Made by a program: the position numbers and the translations under genes
The notes under the pieces: model-generated
What the model was told of the DNA's origin: nothing
Seen by the model: the letters and a program-made list of their open reading frames with translations, nothing else
Database searches by the model: none
Assembly: GCA_964522525.1 (NCBI GenBank)
Contig: CAZFWG010000005.1
Span: forward strand, 148-64,147
Length of the DNA: 64,000 bases
Source: an uncultured Alphaproteobacteria bacterium
Lineage (GTDB): Bacteria; Pseudomonadota; Alphaproteobacteria; JAJFIK01
Reading direction: 5' to 3'
Shown here: piece after piece, positions 59,627 through 64,000 of the stretch
How the letters are laid out: every line of letters starts with the position of its first letter
Numbering within the stretch: position 1 is the stretch's first letter

Positions 59627-59662
59627 ATGTGTTGTGCCGGGCCGCACGGACGCCCGGCGCCC

Positions 59663-60841
59663 CTATCCGGTCCCCGACGATCGCCAGGGTTGGCCCTTGA
59701 TGAAGGAAACCCCATAAGCCACCGCCACAAGCAGGCCGAAGCCCACAAGATTGGCGATCGTGACCGTGAAGCCCGTGCGCCCGATCTGGTCGAGAGCGAA
59801 GCCGTTGATCCGTGCAAAAACCATGGAAAAGACGAAGGCCGCCAGGGATTGCTGCCCGACCTTCATGATGACCGTCACGGTGCCGCCCCAGATGCGGGCG
59901 GCCAAACCCTCGGCCGAAACCTTGAGGCGACGCCCGTCAATACCCGCAGCGACCCAGCCCAGATAGGCGAGCGCCAGGAACTGTAGATAACGCAGGATCC
60001 CGAAATCGGTCTTGAAGATCCAGCCGATATTTTCCGATCGCCAGATCCCCGCCCATCCGAAACCAAGCTCCCGGATGGCCACGTCAGACAACGGCAGATT
60101 GGCAACCACGATCAGAGCGGCAACGGCAATGAGCCACCGGGACACCGGCGGCGCGGGCAACCAGCCCCTCATGAAGGCGAAGCCGGTAAAAAAGATCAAC
60201 TGCCAGCCAAACGGGTTGAAAAACCAGACACGCTCAGACCAGGGCTCGGCCGGGAGATCGAGGGCAAGGCCCCCCAGACCCAAGGCGCCGAGCAGGCGTT
60301 CCTGGGCCAGGAGCCACACCAGAACGACGCCCATGGCCACCGCCCAACGGCCGATCTGGGAAAGCGCCATCACCACTGGAATCATGGCCAGAATGGCCAG
60401 ATACATGGGCAGGATGTCGAAATAGTTCGGCACATAGGTGAGCGTGAACAGGCCGACGAGCTGTTGCTCGGTATCGGAAAAGAACTTCCATAAATTCAGG
60501 GTGCCGATATAGGCCGTATCGAAATCACCATAACGGTCAAGGGCCGCCATGATCATCGCGATGATGAAGAACATGCAGATATGGGTCCAATAGACCTGCC
60601 AAACCCGGTATACGACCCGCATCATCCCGAGGCCCCAGCCCCGCCGGTCAAAGGTCCGGCCAAAGGCGATCGCCGAGGCCATGCCGGAACAGAACACGAA
60701 GATCTCGGTCGCGTCGGAAAAACCCCAGCGCGCCGGTATCCAGTCGTTGAAGAAATTGTTCGGCGTATGGGCAATCAGAATAATGAACATCGCGATGCCG
60801 CGATAGAAATCGAGCCGGGGGTCACGCATGGACGGCTCCAT
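59663..60841 (-). CDS. OpgC domain-containing membrane protein (osmoregulated periplasmic glucan succinyltransferase family)
   Basis: RDPRLDFYRGIAMFIILIAH is the OpgC N-terminal signature. ~10 TM helices. The start is taken at MEPSMRDPR; alternatives are 60877 or 60829. Confidence 0.75.
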   Translation of the reverse strand: MEPSMRDPRLDFYRGIAMFIILIAHTPNNFFNDWIPARWGFSDATEIFVFCSGMASAIAFGRTFDRRGWGLGMMRVVYRVWQVYWTHICMFFIIAMIMAALDRYGDFDTAYIGTLNLWKFFSDTEQQLVGLFTLTYVPNYFDILPMYLAILAMIPVVMALSQIGRWAVAMGVVLVWLLAQERLLGALGLGGLALDLPAEPWSERVWFFNPFGWQLIFFTGFAFMRGWLPAPPVSRWLIAVAALIVVANLPLSDVAIRELGFGWAGIWRSENIGWIFKTDFGILRYLQFLALAYLGWVAAGIDGRRLKVSAEGLAARIWGGTVTVIMKVGQQSLAAFVFSMVFARINGFALDQIGRTGFTVTIANLVGFGLLVAVAYGVSFIKGQPWRSSGTG

Positions 60842-60912
60842 GGCGGAGCCCGGGCGCACGCGGCGAAGCGGGGGCACAGAACGGAATTACGGACGACATG
60901 GCGGGCCTTGCA

Positions 60913-62292
60913 TCACGGGGAGAGTGGATCGGCGGACACGGGCGCGGACCGGAGCCCGGCCGCGCGGACTTCCGCGATCCTGCGGTTGCGCGCGACAGCG
61001 TAACCATCCTCGCGCCCGGCACACAAGCGGGTGCGCGCCGCCAGGATATTCGCCGCGTCATCGAGCAGATCCGCCCGGATGGCGCTGTCAATGGTCAATC
61101 GTTCGAACACGTCCCGTTGTGCGTGACTGCCGCCGGCACGCCGCAGGGTCTCCCGTGCCTTGACGAGATGCTGAAACGCCGTTCGGTGATCGCCTTCGGC
61201 AAAGGCCCTCACTCCGGCCGCGGCGGCCACGCCCGGCGCCCCCATACGGTCGGCCATATCCCCCTCCCCCGTTGTCGCGTCGCGCCGGATCCGCGCCTCC
61301 AGCTCGCGCATCACGTCGGTGCGTCCGCTCCCCATCAGCGCCAACATATAATGCAGGTCGGCAAAGATCAGACAGCCGTCCTGGACCCGGGCGGCTGCGC
61401 GTTCCGCCAGCTCCGCCCAACGGTGCCCGACGGCAACGCCCTCCAGTTCCAGTCTGGTCAGAAGCGACGTGGCATCGGCAATATCCCGGTAGTCGTCGGT
61501 CCGATCCCGGCGGATCCGGTCGTCATAGAGCTGAAGCACCGTATCATGGCGGCCAAAGCTCAAATGCATCAAGGCCATATGCCACCAGAGATGGCAGCGG
61601 AAATTATTGCAGTGGCTCCAGGCCGCCTGCTGATCGCTCAGCCACGCCAGACCGTCCGTGTGATTGACGGTCATCTCATAGACATGGGCGACGGCATGGA
61701 GGCCCCAGGCATCGTCGGGGGCCAGGGCCAGCCCGCCCCGGCCTACCTGTTCAGCCCTTGCGTAGTCCCCCGTCTCCTCAAGGGCAAAGGCGTAACACCC
61801 CATCACATAGCCGGTCGCCGGATGGTCGTGCCCATAAGCGGGAAGCACGCGTTCGAGCGAGGCGCGCATGCCGGGAGCATCGCCCAGAATGAAGCGGATC
61901 GCATGGGAGAATTTCACCGCCAACGGATCATTGGGCGCATCGCGGAGCACGGCCTCCATATGATCAATGGCCGCGGTGGGACGTCCGCCGAGCCATGCGT
62001 CCAGCGCCTCGACATAGTGCCGTTCGCGCGCAGTGACCGCCCCCACGTGGGCCCGCGCCTGGGACAGGGCGGTGCGGGCCGTGTCGACGAGCTCGCGTCG
62101 GCCAAGCAGCAGACAGAAAATCCCTTGAACCGCATGACCCAGCGTAAAATGGGGGGCGGCCTCGAGGGTTGCGCCGAGATGGGTCGGGGTCTGGGCACTG
62201 TGGGCGAAATAGGCGCGCTGAGCGGCGTTCCACGTCGCCAGGATTTCCGGGCTGTCGAGAGAAGTTTCCTGACCGAAATCATCATACAGCAT
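60913..62292 (-). CDS. Tetratricopeptide-repeat protein (TTC38-like family)
   Basis: 459 aa, all-helical, with repeated A/L-rich TPR-like segments. It lies 35 nt upstream of opgC on the same strand. Confidence 0.6.
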   Translation of the reverse strand: MLYDDFGQETSLDSPEILATWNAAQRAYFAHSAQTPTHLGATLEAAPHFTLGHAVQGIFCLLLGRRELVDTARTALSQARAHVGAVTARERHYVEALDAWLGGRPTAAIDHMEAVLRDAPNDPLAVKFSHAIRFILGDAPGMRASLERVLPAYGHDHPATGYVMGCYAFALEETGDYARAEQVGRGGLALAPDDAWGLHAVAHVYEMTVNHTDGLAWLSDQQAAWSHCNNFRCHLWWHMALMHLSFGRHDTVLQLYDDRIRRDRTDDYRDIADATSLLTRLELEGVAVGHRWAELAERAAARVQDGCLIFADLHYMLALMGSGRTDVMRELEARIRRDATTGEGDMADRMGAPGVAAAAGVRAFAEGDHRTAFQHLVKARETLRRAGGSHAQRDVFERLTIDSAIRADLLDDAANILAARTRLCAGREDGYAVARNRRIAEVRAAGLRSAPVSADPLSP

Positions 62293-62487
62293 GGGTCACC
62301 CGCTTCTCCGTCCGCGAAATGCGCGACATTACTTTTGCACTGCACTTATGCACTGCCAAATGCGTGCGTCCCGATGATGGCACGGAGGGTGCCGTAACGG
62401 ATGCGTGATCCTTGAGGCGTGAGACAGGGGCCGAGATCCCGCAAAGTCCCAGTATCCATGGGGCGGCCGGCCGATCTTTGACACCGC

Positions 62488-63714
62488 TCAATCGATCACG
62501 GCGTCGGCATCGCCCATGTCATGCCGTGCCCATCTCAGAACGGCATCCGTATCCTGGCCCAAATGGGGCGGCGCCCGCCGATAGGAAACGGGGGTGCGAG
62601 AGAGCTTGAGCGGATTGCCGATCAATCGAACGACGCCATTCTCGGCGCCCTCACAGGGCATTTCGACAACCATGGCCCGGGCCTTGGCCTGGTCCGAGGA
62701 GAAAACCTGATCGAGGGTATGGACCGGCCCCACCGGAACACCGACGGCCTCGAGCCCCTGAATGACATCCGCCATGGACCGTGCCGCAAGCAATGGGGAA
62801 AGCGTGGCCAGCAACGCCTCCCGGTTGTCGAGGCGGGCCGGATTGGTTGCATAGGCCGGGGCCTCCGCAAGCCCGGGCACGTCGAGAAAAGCACAAAACC
62901 GACGGAACTGTTCATCATTGCCGACGGCAACGATGACATGGCCGTCGGCAACCTCGAAAACCTGATAGGGCACGATGTTGGGATGGCCATTGCCGCGACG
63001 CACCGGACGGTCTTCCGTCGTCAGATAACTGACGCCCTCATTGATGAGCCAGGCCATCTGCGCATCGACAAGGGCGAGGTCGATATGCTGCCCCTCACCC
63101 GTGCGCTCCCGGTGATGGAGCGCCGCCAGAATACCCACAGCGGCATACATCCCGCACATGACATCGGCGATCCCGACCCCGACCTTCATGGGCTCCCCGT
63201 CGGGCGCGCCGGTCAAGGACATGACCCCGCCATAGCCTTGCGCCATCAGGTCATAGCCCGGCTTGGCCGCATTAGGACCAGTCTGTCCGAACCCGGAAAT
63301 GGAGCAGTAGATCAGTTCGGGGCGATCGCCGCGCAGGGAGGCATGGTCGAGACCAAAGCGCTTCAGGCCGCCGGGCTTGAAATTCTCGATCACGACATCG
63401 GCGCGCCGGGCCAATGCACGGATGATCTTCTGCCCGTCCGCAGTTGCAAGATCGACAGCGGCCGACTGCTTGTTGCGGTTGGCGGACATGAAATAGGCGG
63501 AAAGATCCGTGCGCGTCCCCTCCCGATCGATCACGAAAGGCGGCCCCCATTGGCGCGTGTCGTCACCGCCGGATTTGGGGTTCTCGATTTTGATGATATG
63601 CGCGCCCAGGTCGCCGAGGAGCTGAGTGCAGGTCGGCCCCGCCAATATGCGGGAAAGATCGAGCACCGTGATGCCGTTTAAGGCGCCGGGGCGCCGTTCA
63701 GAATCGTCCGTCAT
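62488..63714 (-). CDS. CoA-transferase family III (CaiB/BaiF) protein
   Basis: GITVLDLSRILAGPTCTQLLGDLGAHIIKIE and the catalytic Asp region (GGVMSLTGAPDG). 408 aa. Confidence 0.85.
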   Translation of the reverse strand: MTDDSERRPGALNGITVLDLSRILAGPTCTQLLGDLGAHIIKIENPKSGGDDTRQWGPPFVIDREGTRTDLSAYFMSANRNKQSAAVDLATADGQKIIRALARRADVVIENFKPGGLKRFGLDHASLRGDRPELIYCSISGFGQTGPNAAKPGYDLMAQGYGGVMSLTGAPDGEPMKVGVGIADVMCGMYAAVGILAALHHRERTGEGQHIDLALVDAQMAWLINEGVSYLTTEDRPVRRGNGHPNIVPYQVFEVADGHVIVAVGNDEQFRRFCAFLDVPGLAEAPAYATNPARLDNREALLATLSPLLAARSMADVIQGLEAVGVPVGPVHTLDQVFSSDQAKARAMVVEMPCEGAENGVVRLIGNPLKLSRTPVSYRRAPPHLGQDTDAVLRWARHDMGDADAVID

Positions 63715-64000
63715 AAGCCTGCCTATCGATCAGGGCGCCGATGACCGTGAATGTCTCGGCCTTCAGCGCATCAGTAAGAGCCATGCGAAGCGCGGTCCGA
63801 TCGCTTACGGTCACGCCGATGCCGCCAAAGGCGCGCCCGATGGCCGCGAAATCATGGGCTGCAAAATCGACGCCCCTGTTGGCCATCTGCCGCGTCCGTT
63901 GCTTCATCTCGATCAAGGCCAGAGAGCGATCCACGAACACCACACAAATCACATTCAAGCCGAGTTCCGCCGCGCTTGCCAGTTCTCCCGCCACCATGAG
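63698..64000 (-). CDS. Thiamine-pyrophosphate-dependent enzyme (acetolactate-synthase/oxalyl-CoA-decarboxylase superfamily), C-terminal end only; 5' part beyond window
   Basis: The frame is open to the window edge. ELGLNVICVVFVDRSLALIE...FGGIGVTV resembles the TPP-binding C-domain tail. The stop overlaps the CoA-transferase start by 17 nt. Confidence 0.6.
   Translation of the reverse strand, partial: LMVAGELASAAELGLNVICVVFVDRSLALIEMKQRTRQMANRGVDFAAHDFAAIGRAFGGIGVTVSDRTALRMALTDALKAETFTVIGALIDRQAYDGRF

Noticed and set aside
1-64000. Search for tRNA-like (GGTTCGA / TPsiC-arm) sequences, CRISPR repeat arrays, transposase/integrase ORFs, and direct-repeat boundaries of an island
   Set aside because: None found by eye. 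The only compositionally distinct stretches are short intergenic leaders (22257-23095, 24909-25219, 41742-42389).

Overview
This is a high-GC (~62%) chromosomal window, with gene content typical of a metabolically versatile, probably marine or soil alphaproteobacterium. It is densely packed with about 50 protein-coding genes. No rRNA, tRNA, CRISPR array, insertion sequence or integrase could be recognised.

Several functional neighbourhoods stand out:
- **Acyl-CoA dehydrogenases (1-3150):** two tandem acyl-CoA dehydrogenases plus a nitronate-monooxygenase-family flavoenzyme.
- **Sulfatase maturation and use (4834-14372):** two Cys-type (C-x-P-x-R) arylsulfatases, a formylglycine-generating enzyme (FGE), an EF-hand Ca-binding secreted protein, a class-3 lipase lipoprotein and a TetR regulator. 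There is also a translationally coupled operon of three membrane-tethered hydrolases (haloalkane-dehalogenase-like, DJ-1/PfpI, sulfatase), and a GH3 beta-glucosidase.
- **Efflux:** two RND efflux systems. One is TetR-controlled with a periplasmic adaptor plus pump only (17944-22256). The other is a full adaptor-pump-NodT outer-membrane factor operon on the minus strand (33779-39386).
- **DUF1800/DUF1501 pair** (25226-27808).
- **Zur (zinc-starvation) locus (29219-32327):** zur sits divergent from a cobW/ZigA-type GTPase, a DUF1826-like gene and a MerC-like small membrane protein, with an inverted repeat in the shared promoter. A small ORF is translationally coupled to zur.
- **LytS/LytTR next to KefG-KefB:** a LytS/LytTR two-component system adjacent to a KefG-KefB-like glutathione-gated K+ efflux pair.
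- **LysR-controlled phenolic cluster (47164-52624):** a LysR regulator (T-N11-A site present) with pirin, a secreted isochorismatase-family hydrolase, a Tat-exported tyrosinase and an alginate-export-family outer-membrane beta-barrel.
- **Flavoenzyme/ligase neighbourhood (54100-59626):** a flavin monooxygenase, DUF465, an orphan ATP-grasp ligase with a large pre-ATP-grasp N-domain, and a D-amino-acid-oxidase-like protein that looks circularly permuted and carries a Tat-lipoprotein signal.
- **Other pairs:** OpgC plus a TTC38-like TPR protein, and a family-III CoA-transferase plus a TPP-enzyme.

No canonical defence, toxin-antitoxin or phage system was seen. The most unusual candidates are the tyrosinase/pirin/OMP locus, the orphan ATP-grasp, the permuted oxidase and the membrane-tethered hydrolase operon. 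All calls rest on reading the translations. No database search was run.
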